61,103 nucleotides of DNA from Ascidiella aspersa. Lineage: Eukaryota. A program made the position numbers and the translations under genes. Position 1 is the stretch's first letter; each line of letters starts with the position of its first letter. Location of the stretch: positions 1 through 61,103 of the forward strand of contig CAWUQB010000045.1 in NCBI GenBank assembly GCA_963924565.1, in the 5' to 3' direction. Of this stretch, positions 21,686 through 31,949 are shown in pieces. Under the pieces are notes generated by a model. That model worked only from the letters and a program-made list of their open reading frames with translations. It did no database searches and had not been told where the DNA came from.

Positions 21686-23566
21686 TTATTGAGAGGTTTT
21701 GTGTTGTTTCTGATGTTTTTTTAATAGGTTCTTCTTTGTAAACCGCTTATCGCAACCCTCAATACCGCACAGGGTGCCACCCACGCCATGCACCTGCGCC
21801 TGATGGCATGCCAGATTGGATTTCTTCGTGAAACGCTGCTGGCACTCGCCTATCCCGCATAGCTCACCGTCCACGAGATGCACCTCCGCCTGATGGCATG
21901 CCTTCTGGGATTTCTTCGTGAAACGCTTCTGGCACTCGCCTATCCCGCATAGCTCACCGCCCACGCCATGCACCTCCGCCTGATGGGATGCCAGATTGGA
22001 TTTCTTCGCGAAACGCTGCTGGCACTCGCCTATCCCGCATAGCTTACCGCCCACGCCATGCACCTCCGCCTGATGGCATGCCTTCTGGGATTTCTTCGTG
22101 AAACGCTTCTGGCACTCGCCTACCCCGCATAGCTCACCGCCCACGCCATGCGTCTGCGCCTGATGGGATGCCTTCTGGGATTTCTTCGTGAAACGCTTCT
22201 GGCACTCGCCTATCCCGCATAGCTCACCGCCCACGCCATGCACCTCCGCCTGATGGCATGCCAGATTGGATTTCTTCGTGAAACGCTGCTGGCACTGGCC
22301 TATCCCGCATAGCTCACCGCCCACGCCATGCACCTGCGCCTGATGGGATGCCTTCTGGGATTTATGTGTGAAACGCTGCTGGCACTGGCCTATCCCGCAT
22401 AGCTCACCGCCCACGCCATGCACTTGCGCCTGATGGGATGCCTTCTGGGATTTCTTCGTGAAACGCTGCTGGCACTGGCCTATCCCGCATAGCTCACCGC
22501 CCACGCCATGCACCTCCGCCTGATGGGATGCCTTATGGGATTTCTTCGTGAAACGCTGCTGGCACTCGCCTATCCCGCATAGCTCACCGCCCACGCCATG
22601 CATCTGCGCCTGATGGGATGCCAGATTGGATTTATGCATGAAACGCTGCTGGCACTCGCCTATCCCGCATAGCTCACCGCCCACGCCATGCACCTCCGCC
22701 TGATGGGATGCCTTCCGGGCTTTCTTCGTGAAACGCTGCTGGCACTCGCCTATCCCGCATAGCTCACCGCCCACGCCATGCACCTCCGCCTGATGGGATG
22801 CCTTCCGGGATTTATTCGCGAAACGCTTCTGGCACTCGCCTATCCCGCATAGCTCACCGCCCACGCCATGCACCTCCGCCTGATGGGATGCCAGATTGTA
22901 TTTCTTCGTGAAACGCTGCTGGCACTCGCCTATCCCGCATAGCTCACCGCCCACGCCATGCACCTGCGCCTGATGGGATGCCTTATGGGATTTATGCGTG
23001 AAACGCTGCTGGCACTCGCCTATCCCGCATAGCTCACCGCCCACGCCATGCACCTCCGCCTGATGGGATCTTAATGCAGTAGCATTAAGGAAAAATCCAC
23101 CACAATCATCGAAATTACAAAATAAATAACCACATAAGTAGCAGTTTATGTGGTTATTCATTTTTTTTGAGCGTAAAGCTCTAATCACTCTCATCTCACC
23201 AGATTTATAATTATCTTCTGTTGTTACACATTTCCATTCTGTTTCAACAGGTGAGCATGTTTCGCTTTCTTCATCAAGTTTACTTAAATCAAAAGACAGC
23301 CGTGTTTTTTTACTCTTTAAAAAATTATTGAGTATGGTGATACACACCCTTTGTAGGTATAAGTCATCATTCTCTATTAACTCACAATCCATTATAAAAA
23401 AAAAACTGTTGAGAGTAGTTAAATGACAATAATGAAATATTTGGTATTCAAACTTACTTTTTTTCGATGCAGGATCTCCCTCAACTGAGCTTTCAGCTTG
23501 TTGCAAAAAATCGTATAATGTATCCAAATCAAGGCCTAACTCTCCAAGATCAAAATCAAGATCCAA
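21686..23566 (-). CDS. 30-aa-repeat C2H2 array protein, copy B (14 central plus 2 capping fingers)
   Basis: Intact 626-aa ORF made of 90-bp tandem units. Confidence 0.9.
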   Translation of the reverse strand: MDLDFDLGELGLDLDTLYDFLQQAESSVEGDPASKKSKFEYQIFHYCHLTTLNSFFFIMDCELIENDDLYLQRVCITILNNFLKSKKTRLSFDLSKLDEESETCSPVETEWKCVTTEDNYKSGEMRVIRALRSKKMNNHINCYLCGYLFCNFDDCGGFFLNATALRSHQAEVHGVGGELCGIGECQQRFTHKSHKASHQAQVHGVGGELCGIGECQQRFTKKYNLASHQAEVHGVGGELCGIGECQKRFANKSRKASHQAEVHGVGGELCGIGECQQRFTKKARKASHQAEVHGVGGELCGIGECQQRFMHKSNLASHQAQMHGVGGELCGIGECQQRFTKKSHKASHQAEVHGVGGELCGIGQCQQRFTKKSQKASHQAQVHGVGGELCGIGQCQQRFTHKSQKASHQAQVHGVGGELCGIGQCQQRFTKKSNLACHQAEVHGVGGELCGIGECQKRFTKKSQKASHQAQTHGVGGELCGVGECQKRFTKKSQKACHQAEVHGVGGKLCGIGECQQRFAKKSNLASHQAEVHGVGGELCGIGECQKRFTKKSQKACHQAEVHLVDGELCGIGECQQRFTKKSNLACHQAQVHGVGGTLCGIEGCDKRFTKKNLLKKHQKQHKTSQ

Positions 23567-23800
23567 GTTTTCTATTTCGCCATCGTCATTTCTGCTATTT
23601 TCTTCGTGTAGCCGACATCCATTATAACTATTGAACTCTGCCTTTCTTTTTGCAGCTTCACTGCCGAAGGAAAGGACTATTGATAATAAAAATATGAAAA
23701 ATAGTGATAACCGTAAAATGACATATAAGGATACGAATAGTTATAAAACAACAACCAGGTATCCTTCCTCCACTTAAAAAAAACAATTAGGACTTGTTTT

Positions 23801-24050
23801 ATTCGCACACCTTCCAAGCTAAAGCTTCTACTCCAGACCTACCCGCTCTGGTGGAACTACTCTCAAAAATACGCTTCCACCCTGCGGGATGTGGTGCTGG
23901 ACAGCGTCAACCGCATACTGGCCTGCGGACAGGTCATTATGGGTTATGCCACAGGGCTGTGCTCCAACGAACAGTGTAGTTACTCTAAAAAAATTTGCAT
24001 GGGTTGTAAGTCACGGATGTGCAATACCTGTGGTAAAAAGCTCACGGATC
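23801..24050 (+). pseudogene. IS91-type transposase 5' fragment of cassette B
   Basis: ILACG..CSNEQC..CMGCKSRMCNTCGKKLTDQ, after which similarity stops. Confidence 0.85.
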
Positions 24051-24089
24051 AATTCTTGAACCATACACTTATGAAAGAATGCCTGACTA

Positions 24090-24280
24090 ACTCATGTTAT
24101 GCACTGAGCAAAATTTGCCATACTCTCAAGCATGAACAAAAAGCTCTTTACGCTATATAGAGATTACCTTTTGTCTTCAAAAAGGCAAAACGACAGCAAC
24201 ACCGTTGTCGTCCTTGCTGGACGGTGAGTACAGTCATCATTCGACCCGTTTCGAGCGATGGGTGAGTGCGTAACATGAGT
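24090..24280. mobile_element. 190-bp MITE, cassette-associated
   Basis: Same TIRs, flanked by TA on both sides. Confidence 0.85.
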
Positions 24281-24326
24281 TATTAAGTCACAAGGTAGGC
24301 CCTTCGGGCAACTTTTTGTCCCGAGC

Positions 24327-25751
24327 TTATTGAGAGGTTTTGTGTTGTTTCTGATGTTTTTTTAATTGACTCTTCATTGTAAGCCGCTTATCGCAACCCT
24401 CAATACCGCACAGAGTGCCGCCCACGCCATGCACCTCCGCCTGATGGGATGCCTTCTTGGATTTATGCGTGAAACGCTGCGGGCACTCACCTATCCCGCA
24501 TAGCTCACCGCCCAAGCCATGCGCCTGCGCCTGATGGCATGCCTTCTGGGACTTCTTCGTGAAACGCTTCTGGCACTCGCCTATCCCGCATAGCTCACCG
24601 CCCACGCCATGCACCTCCGCCTGATGGCATGCCAGATTGGATTTCTTCGTGAAACGCTGCCGGCACTCGCCTATCCCGCATAACTCACCGCCCACGCCAT
24701 GCACCTGCGCCTGATGGGATGCCAGATTGGCTTTCTTCGTGAAACGCTTCTGGCACTCGCCTATCCCGCATAGCTCACCGCCCACGCCATGCGCCTGCGC
24801 CTGATGGGATGCCTTCTGGGATTTCTTCGTGAAACGCTTCTGGCACTCGCCTATCCCGCATAGCTCACCGCCCACGCCATGCACCTCCGCCTGATGGCAT
24901 GCCTTCTGGGATTTCTGCGTGAAACGCTGCTGGCACTCGCCTATCCCGCATAGCTCACCGCCCACGCCATGCGCCTGCGCCTGATGGGATGCCTTCTGGG
25001 ATTTCTTCGTGAAACGCTGCGGGCACTCGCCTATCCCGCATAGCTCACCGCCCACGCCATGCAACTCCGCCTGATGGGATGCCAGATTGGATTGCTTCGT
25101 GAAACGCTGCTGGCACTCGCCTATCCCGCATAGCTCACCGCCCACGCCATGCACCTCCGCCTGATGCGATGCCTTCTGGGATTTATACGTGAAACGCTGC
25201 TGGCACTCGCCTATCCCGCATAGCTCACCGCCCACGCCATGCATCTGCGCCTGATGGGATGTTAATGCAGCAGCATTAAGGAAACATGCACCACAATCAT
25301 CGAAATTACAAAATGAATAAGCACATAAGTAGCAGTTTATGTGGTTATTCATTTTTTTTGCGCGTAAAGCTCTAATCACTCTCATCTCACCAGATTTATA
25401 ATTATCTTCTGTTGTTACAAATTTCCATTCTATTTCAACAGGTGAGCATGTTTCGCTTTCTTCATAAAATTTACTTAAATCAAAAGACATCCGTTTTTTT
25501 TTACTCTTTAAAAAATTATTGAGTATGGTGATACACACCCTTTGTAGGTATAAGTCATCATCCTCTGTTAAGTCATAATCCATTATAAAAAGAAAACTGT
25601 TGAGAGTAGTTAAATGATAATAATGAAATATTTGGTATTCACGCTTACTTTTTTTCGATGCAGGATCTCCCTCAACTGAGCTTTTAGCTTGTTGCATACA
25701 ATAGTATAATGTATCCAAATCAAGACCTAACTCTTCAAGATCAAGATCCAA
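24327..25751 (-). CDS. 30-aa-repeat C2H2 array protein, copy C (9 central plus 2 capping fingers)
   Basis: Intact 474-aa ORF. Confidence 0.9.
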   Translation of the reverse strand: MDLDLEELGLDLDTLYYCMQQAKSSVEGDPASKKSKREYQIFHYYHLTTLNSFLFIMDYDLTEDDDLYLQRVCITILNNFLKSKKKRMSFDLSKFYEESETCSPVEIEWKFVTTEDNYKSGEMRVIRALRAKKMNNHINCYLCAYSFCNFDDCGACFLNAAALTSHQAQMHGVGGELCGIGECQQRFTYKSQKASHQAEVHGVGGELCGIGECQQRFTKQSNLASHQAELHGVGGELCGIGECPQRFTKKSQKASHQAQAHGVGGELCGIGECQQRFTQKSQKACHQAEVHGVGGELCGIGECQKRFTKKSQKASHQAQAHGVGGELCGIGECQKRFTKKANLASHQAQVHGVGGELCGIGECRQRFTKKSNLACHQAEVHGVGGELCGIGECQKRFTKKSQKACHQAQAHGLGGELCGIGECPQRFTHKSKKASHQAEVHGVGGTLCGIEGCDKRLTMKSQLKKHQKQHKTSQ

Positions 25752-25986
25752 TTTTTCTATTTCGCCATCGTCATTTTCGCTATTTTCTTCGTGTAGCCGA
25801 CATCCATTATAACTATTGAACTCTGCCTTTCTTTTTGCAGCTTCACTGCCGAAGGAAAGGAGTATTGATAATAAAAATATGAAAAATAGTGATAATCGTA
25901 AAATGACATATAAGGATACGAATAGTTATAAAAAAACAACCAGGTACCCTTCCTCCACTTAAAAATAAACAATTAGGACTTTTCTT

Positions 25987-26238
25987 ATTCGCACACCTTC
26001 CAAGCTAAGGCTTCTACTCCAGACCCACCCACTCTGGTGGAACTACTCTCAAAAGTACGCTTCCACCCTACGGGATGTGGTGCTGGACAGCGTCAACCGC
26101 ATACTGGCCTGCGGACAGGTCATTATGGGTTATGCCACTGGACTGTGTTCCAACGAACAGTGTAGTCACTCTAAAAAAATTTGCATGGGTTGTAAGTCAC
26201 GGATGTGCAACACCTGTTGTAAAAAGCTCATGGATCAG
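25987..26238 (+). pseudogene. IS91-type transposase 5' fragment of cassette C
   Basis: Same motif set as the other remnants. Confidence 0.85.
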
Positions 26239-26271
26239 TTCTTGAACCATAAACTTATGAAACTCATGTTA

Positions 26272-27916
26272 CAGCTATTCCCGCGAGATCCATTAAACTA
26301 CTGTCGTAGCAAGGCTTAAAGAAAACTCTAAACAAGGTGCTTTCGCACAAAATAACGTCTATTTTTGGTAGAGATACTATCTACGACAATATCCCAGTAT
26401 GGCTAACCCATTTCAAAAAAAACGTAAGAATCTTTGTGCAAACAGCTTGATCAGTGCGATTTCTGAAAGTTACGGGAAAATTCCAGATGCCCGGCCGAAC
26501 AACGATGACAGAAAAATAACCATCCATGATGCAGCTATGTCTGCTTTTGCCATGATGCATCTCAAGTATCCATCGCTTCTGTCGTTTGAGCGAGACAAAA
26601 CAGAGCAGGAAGTCAGGCATAATATTAAGCACTTGTATCAGGTAAAAAAACGGACTCCCTGTGATACCAGTATGCGGGAGATTCTAGATCCTGTAGAGCC
26701 AGAAGAATTTAAAAAGCCTTTTAAAACTCTGTTATCCAACGTTCAGAGAGGCGGGCTACTGAAGGCGTTCGAGTTTCACTGCGGGGACCTGAAAAATCAT
26801 TACCTGTTACCGATAGATGGCACAGGGCTATTTTATTCCAGCAACAGTAAAGCCTCCTGTCAGGAATGTTGTGTGAAAAATAAGGGTAAAGCTAATGAAG
26901 CTTACTACCATCAACTGATGGCTGCATGCATTGTTCACCCGAACCAAAGAACAGTATTACCTCTGGCTCCGGAGGCGATAGTACGTCAAGATGGCTCTAG
27001 TAAGAATGACTGTGAAAAAAATGCTATCAAACGACTATTTTCTACCATACGAAAGCATCATCCACGCTTAAAATTCGTTATCCTTCTGGACAGTCTTTAT
27101 GCTGACAACCCCACTATCAATCTTATCAAAAGCTATGGCTGGCATGACATCATTGTAGCGAAAGACGGCAACCACGCCTCGCTGGTTGAAGCAATGGATA
27201 AGCAGGATAAAGAGGGAAAGGTTCGCCGCATCGAGAAAATCAACGAAGCAATGGGTGTTAAATGGTGGTTTCGTTATGCCAATAACGTCACCCTCAACAA
27301 AGCAAAAGATGCAGAACAGGTCAATGTCCTTGATTTTGTCGAAACAGATAAGAAAGAAAAACGACACACGTGGTGCTGGATAACGGATCTTCCGCTTAAC
27401 GATATAACGTTAGAACCAGTTATGAAAGGAGGGCGCTGCCGATGGCACATTGAAAACGAAACATTTAATACCCTGAAAAATCAAGGCTACGATCTCGTAG
27501 CATAACTACGGTCATGGTAGACAGCATTTGGCAACGAATCTGGCCTATCTGACACTACTTGCCTTTCTTGTCGATCAAATACAGGCGCTGTGCTGTCCAC
27601 AATTCCAGGAGGCTTTAAGAACCCGATCGAAAGGGGTTCGGATAGCCTTGTGGAAATGGATACGGGGCTATTTTTTACACTGGCTGATAAAAACGTGGGA
27701 AGGACTGTTTTATACCATTGTTCACGGTATTGAAGAAAAAAGGGTTATCCCCTTCGATACCTCATAACCGACAAAATCGTACCCAATTTTCAGGGGCGAC
27801 ATGCTGTTTTGGGTATTTACTTCATTAATATGAAGTGCTTCTGCTTTGCTGCGTTATTTTTATTGTTTTACTACCCAGACGAACGTCTTTCGATGCTTAT
27901 CATGCGGGAATGGCTG
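26272..27916 (+). mobile_element. ISNCY-like DDE element; transposase 26399-27767 frameshifted near 27497
   Basis: IRs CAGCTATTCCCGC / GCGGGAATGGCTG; PIDGTG, LLDSLYA, GRCRWHIENETFNTLKNQGY. A 1-nt insertion breaks the expected LEHNYGHG. Sits in a partly deleted 190-bp MITE. Confidence 0.82.
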
Positions 27917-27919
27917 CTA

Positions 27920-28049
27920 TCGCTATATAGAGATTACTTTTTGTCTTCATTCGGCAAAAGGACAGCAACACCGTTGTCGTCCTTGCTGGACGGTGAGTAC
28001 AGTCATCATTCGACCCGTTTCGAGCGATGGGTGAGTGCGTAACATGAGT
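27920..28049. mobile_element. Remainder of a 190-bp MITE (other TIR stub at 26262-26271)
   Basis: Sequence identity to the other copies. Confidence 0.8.
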
Positions 28050-28095
28050 TATTAAGTCACAAGGTAGGCCCTTCGGGCAACTTTTTGTCCCGAGC

Positions 28096-29573
28096 TTATT
28101 GAGAGGTTTTGTGTTGTTTCTGATGTTTTTTTAATCGGCTCTTCATTGTAACCCGCTTATCGCAACCCTCAATACCGCACAGGGTGCCGTCCACGCCATG
28201 CACCTTCGCCTGATGGGATGCCTTCCGGGCTTTCTGCGTGAAACGCTGCTGGCACTCGCCTATCCCGCATAGCTCACCGCCCACGCCATGCACCTGCGCC
28301 TGATGGGATGCCTTCCGGGATTTCTTCGTGAAACGCTGCTGGCACTCGCCTATCCCGCATAGCTCACCGCCCACGCGATGCACCTCCGCCTGATGGGATG
28401 CCTTCTGGGATTTATGCGTGAAACGCTGCTGGCACTCGCCTATCCCGCATAGCTCACCGCCCACGCCATGCACCTGCGCCTGATGGGATGCCTTATGGGA
28501 TTTATGCGTGAAACGCTGCTGGCACTCGCCTATCCCGCATAGCTCACCGCCCACGCCATGCATCTGCGCCTGATGGGATGCCTTCAGGCATTTCTTCGTG
28601 AAACGCTTCTGGCACTCGCCTATCCCGCATAGCTCACCGCCCACGCCATGCACCTGCGCCTGATGGGATGCCTTATGGGATTTATGCGTGAAACGCTGTT
28701 GGCACTCGCCTATCCCGCATAGCTCACCGCCCATGCCATGCACCTGCGCCTGATGGGATGCCTTCTGGGATTTATTCGTGAAACGCTTCTGGCACTCGCC
28801 TATCCCGCATAGCTCACCGCCCACGCCATGCACCTCCGCCTGATGGGTTTTTAATGCAACAGCACCAAGGAAAAATCCACCACAATCATCGAAATTACAA
28901 TATGAATAATCACATAAGTAGCAGTTTATGTGGTTATTCATTTTTTTTGAGCGTAAAGCTCTAATCACTCTCATCTTACCAGATTTATAATTATCTTCTG
29001 TTGTTACACATTTCCATTCTGTTTCAACAGGTGAGCATGTTTCGCGTTCTTCATAAAGTTTACTTAAATCAAAAGACAGCCTTTTTTTGCAATCTTTAAA
29101 AAATTATTGAGTATGGTGATACACACCCTTTGTAGATATAAGTCATCATTGTCTGTTAAGTCATAATCCATTATAAAACAAAAACTGTTGAGAGTAGTTA
29201 AATGATAATAATGAAAGATTTGGTATGCACGCTTAATTTTTTTCGATGTAGGATATCCCTCAACTGAGCTTTCAGATTGTTGCAAATAATCGCATAATGT
29301 ATCATCGCAACCCACAATACCGCATAGCTCACAGCCCACGCCATGCGCCTGTGCCTGATGGGATGTAGGATCTTCCTCAACTGAGCTTTCAGCTTGTGGG
29401 AAATAATCGCATAATGTACCATCGCAACCCTCAATACCGCATAGCTCACAGCCCAAGCCATGCGTCTGATGGGATGCAGGATCTTCCTCAACTGAGCTTT
29501 CAGCTTGTTGCAAACAATCGTATAATGTATCCAAATCAAGGCCTAACTCTCCAAGATCAAAATCAAGATCCAA
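28096..29573 (-). pseudogene. 30-aa-repeat C2H2 array gene, copy D (7 central plus 2 capping fingers); frameshifted in an A-tract
   Basis: A7 (T7 at 29082-29088) versus A8 in copy A splits it into 169-aa and 292-aa ORFs. Confidence 0.85.
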
Positions 29574-29808
29574 GTTTTCTATTTCGCCATCGTCATTTCT
29601 GCTATTTTCTTCGTGTAGCCGACATCCATTATAACTATTGAGCTCTGCCTTTCTTTTTGCAGCTTCACTGCCGAAGGAAAGGACTATTGATAATAAAAAT
29701 ATGAAAAATAGTGATAACCGTAAAATGACATATAAGGATACGAATAGTTATAAAAAAACAACCAGGCATCCTTCCTCCACTTAAAAATAAACAATCAGGA
29801 CTTTTCTT

Positions 29809-31452
29809 ATGCGCACACCTTCCAAGCTAAAGCTTCTACTCCAGACCCACCCACTCTGATGGAACTACTCTCAAAAGTACGCTTCCACCCTGCGGGATGT
29901 GGTGCTGGACAGCGTCAACCGCATACTGGCCTGCGGACAGGTCATTATGGGTTATGCCACTGGGCTGTGCTCCAACGAACAGTGTAGCCACTCTAAAAAA
30001 ATTTGCATGGGTTAGTCTTCTCCAATATGAAATGAGCCTAAAGGAAGCCATTGTTTCCAATATGAAGTGAGCCTGTGAGTTCTGGTTCTTTCGTCCATGA
30101 TTAGAGGATGAAAGTCATCATGAATACACGGTTAATCAAAACCCTCGAACACGTTCAAACCTTCCTGTTACAAGCGAGTTGTATCGAACCGGGGTGGGAC
30201 TCAAAAGATGAATGTTATCAGTGGGTTGAAAGGACTCTGAGGCACTTCAAGTATGCTCATTTAAACCGAGCAGATAAAGCGCTCATACGGCAATACCTGA
30301 TGCTTGCGACAGGCTATTCAAGAGCTCAGATCACCCGATTGATTACAGCATACAGGAAGACAGGTCGCTTGAGGCGCAAACAGCGCACAGCGAATGGTTT
30401 TACAACACGTTACACCAAGGCTGATATCAGGCTGCTGGCGGAGACAGATCGCCTTCATAACGACTTGAATGGGGCTGCTATCCGAAAAATTTGTGAGCGA
30501 GCATGGGGACGGGGAGATAGTCGCTATGAACGATTATCAACGATTTCCGTCTCCCACCTTTACAACTTACGGCAATCAAAAACCTATCAGTCAGTACGCA
30601 TCAGGAAAACAGTTACGCAGGCAACAAAACGCGCTATTGGTATTCGCTCTCGCCCAACCCCAAATGGTGAACCGGGATTTATCAGAATCGATACTGTACA
30701 CCAAGGAGACAAAGATAAAGTCAAAGGGCTTTACCACATAAACGCTGTTGATGAAGTCACACAGTTTCAAGTGGTGTGCTCAGTGGAGCAGATTAACGAA
30801 ACATTCCTTATCCCAGTGCTTGAAGAGCTGCTTGTCAGCTTCCCCTTTAAAATACAGGGATTTCACTCAGATAATGGTTCAGAATATATCAATCATCGTG
30901 TATCTAAACTGCTGGAAGAGCTCCATATAAAGTTCACTAAATCACGATCAAGAAAGACAAACGACAACGCACTGGTTGAATCGAAAAATGGTGCCGTCAT
31001 CAGAAAAATATTAGGCTATGCCCACATACCACAGCATCATGCAAAAGCAGTCAATGATTTCAATAAGTGCTACCTGACACCCTATCTCAATTATCACAGA
31101 CCCTGTTTTTACGCAGAGACGATTATTGACAAGAAAGGAAAGCAGCGAAAAAAATACCGCTATGAAAACATGATGACTCCCTTTGAGAAACTGAAATCAC
31201 TGCCCTCATGGGAAGGCTTTTTGAAAAAGGGTTGCAGCAAAGAGAAACTTGAAGCAAAGGCCAACTCTATGAGCGATAATGAAGCAGCTCAACAGCTACA
31301 GACAGCCAGAGAGTCACTCTTTAAAAGCATATTTGAACGAAGAGCCTGAATACGCAGAACTATCACTTGCTCAGGCTCATTTTAGGATTGGAAAATACTG
31401 GGTTGTAAGTCACGGATGTGCAATACCTGTGGTAAAAAGCTCACGGATCAGT
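29809..31452 (+). pseudogene. IS91-type transposase 5' fragment of cassette D, interrupted by the ISNCY-like element
   Basis: ...KICMG | IS | GCKSRMCNTCGKKLTDQ. Confidence 0.85.
30014..31399 (+). mobile_element. ISNCY/IS481-like element (1386 bp); transposase 30108-31349
   Basis: Protein identical to 2817-4058; 5-bp target duplication GGGTT at 30009-30013 and 31400-31404. Confidence 0.88.
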
Positions 31453-31540
31453 TCTTGGACCATACACTTATGAAAGAATGCCTGACTAAGAGGCTGTTTG
31501 AAATCTACATAAGTCTCTTTACCATTATGCGAATCATGCA

Positions 31541-31703
31541 TAAGTAGCTAACCACATGAAATCGAATAGTCTGGCTTTTTGATCAGGTGCTATGCAAGGC
31601 ACAGTGTAGGGCGCATAGCCGTCGCTATGTTACCGGAGCTGTAACGAAGTAGAGTGCCTGAGCAAGAAGTCAGACTATTCGATTTCATGTGGTTAGCTAC
31701 TTA
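31541..31703. repeat. About 160-bp TA-flanked palindromic dispersed repeat (MITE/ERIC-like)
   Basis: 33-bp terminal IR TAAGTAGCTAACCACATGAAATCGAATAGTCTG; at least 7 copies in the window. Confidence 0.88.
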
Positions 31704-31709
31704 TTAATA

Positions 31710-31843
31710 ACCCTGTTCTGGGACAGTAACGCGTTAGCAATGAGCTGCGTAAAACAGGTGTTTTCGTTTATCCTGGTGGCGTCCGAAGCGTCTGGCAGCG
31801 CCATGACTTGGAAACCTCCAAAAAACGTCTGAAGGCGCTTGAA
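31710..31843 (+). pseudogene. IS481-family transposase internal remnant
   Basis: Manual translation PVLGQ*RVSNELRKTGVFVYPGGVRSVWQRHDLETSKKRLKALE resembles IS481-type transposases. Confidence 0.65.
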
Positions 31844-31949
31844 ATCCATGTAGGTCCAGCACAAAAATCATTAAAGAAATGACGGCCTGAGTACGGTAAG
31901 GGCAAAGAAGCATTTCTTGCCCCAGCCCACTCACTGAAAGCAAGTGGCA

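Noticed and set aside
21760-23070. 90-bp repeats with short variable segments read as a CRISPR array
   Set aside because: Units are in-frame coding C2H2 fingers, the variable parts are single codons rather than unique spacers, and there are no cas genes.
23891-24160. 80-89-aa Cys-rich ORFs (also 26077-26319 and 49536-49805) as novel partner proteins
   Set aside because: They are IS91 N-terminal fragments reading into MITE or IS sequence; sister copies carry stops and insertions.
25757-25972. 71-aa Tyr/Phe-rich ORF upstream of ZnF C
   Set aside because: Alternate frame of the signal-peptide-like leader; the other copies have a TAG in this frame.
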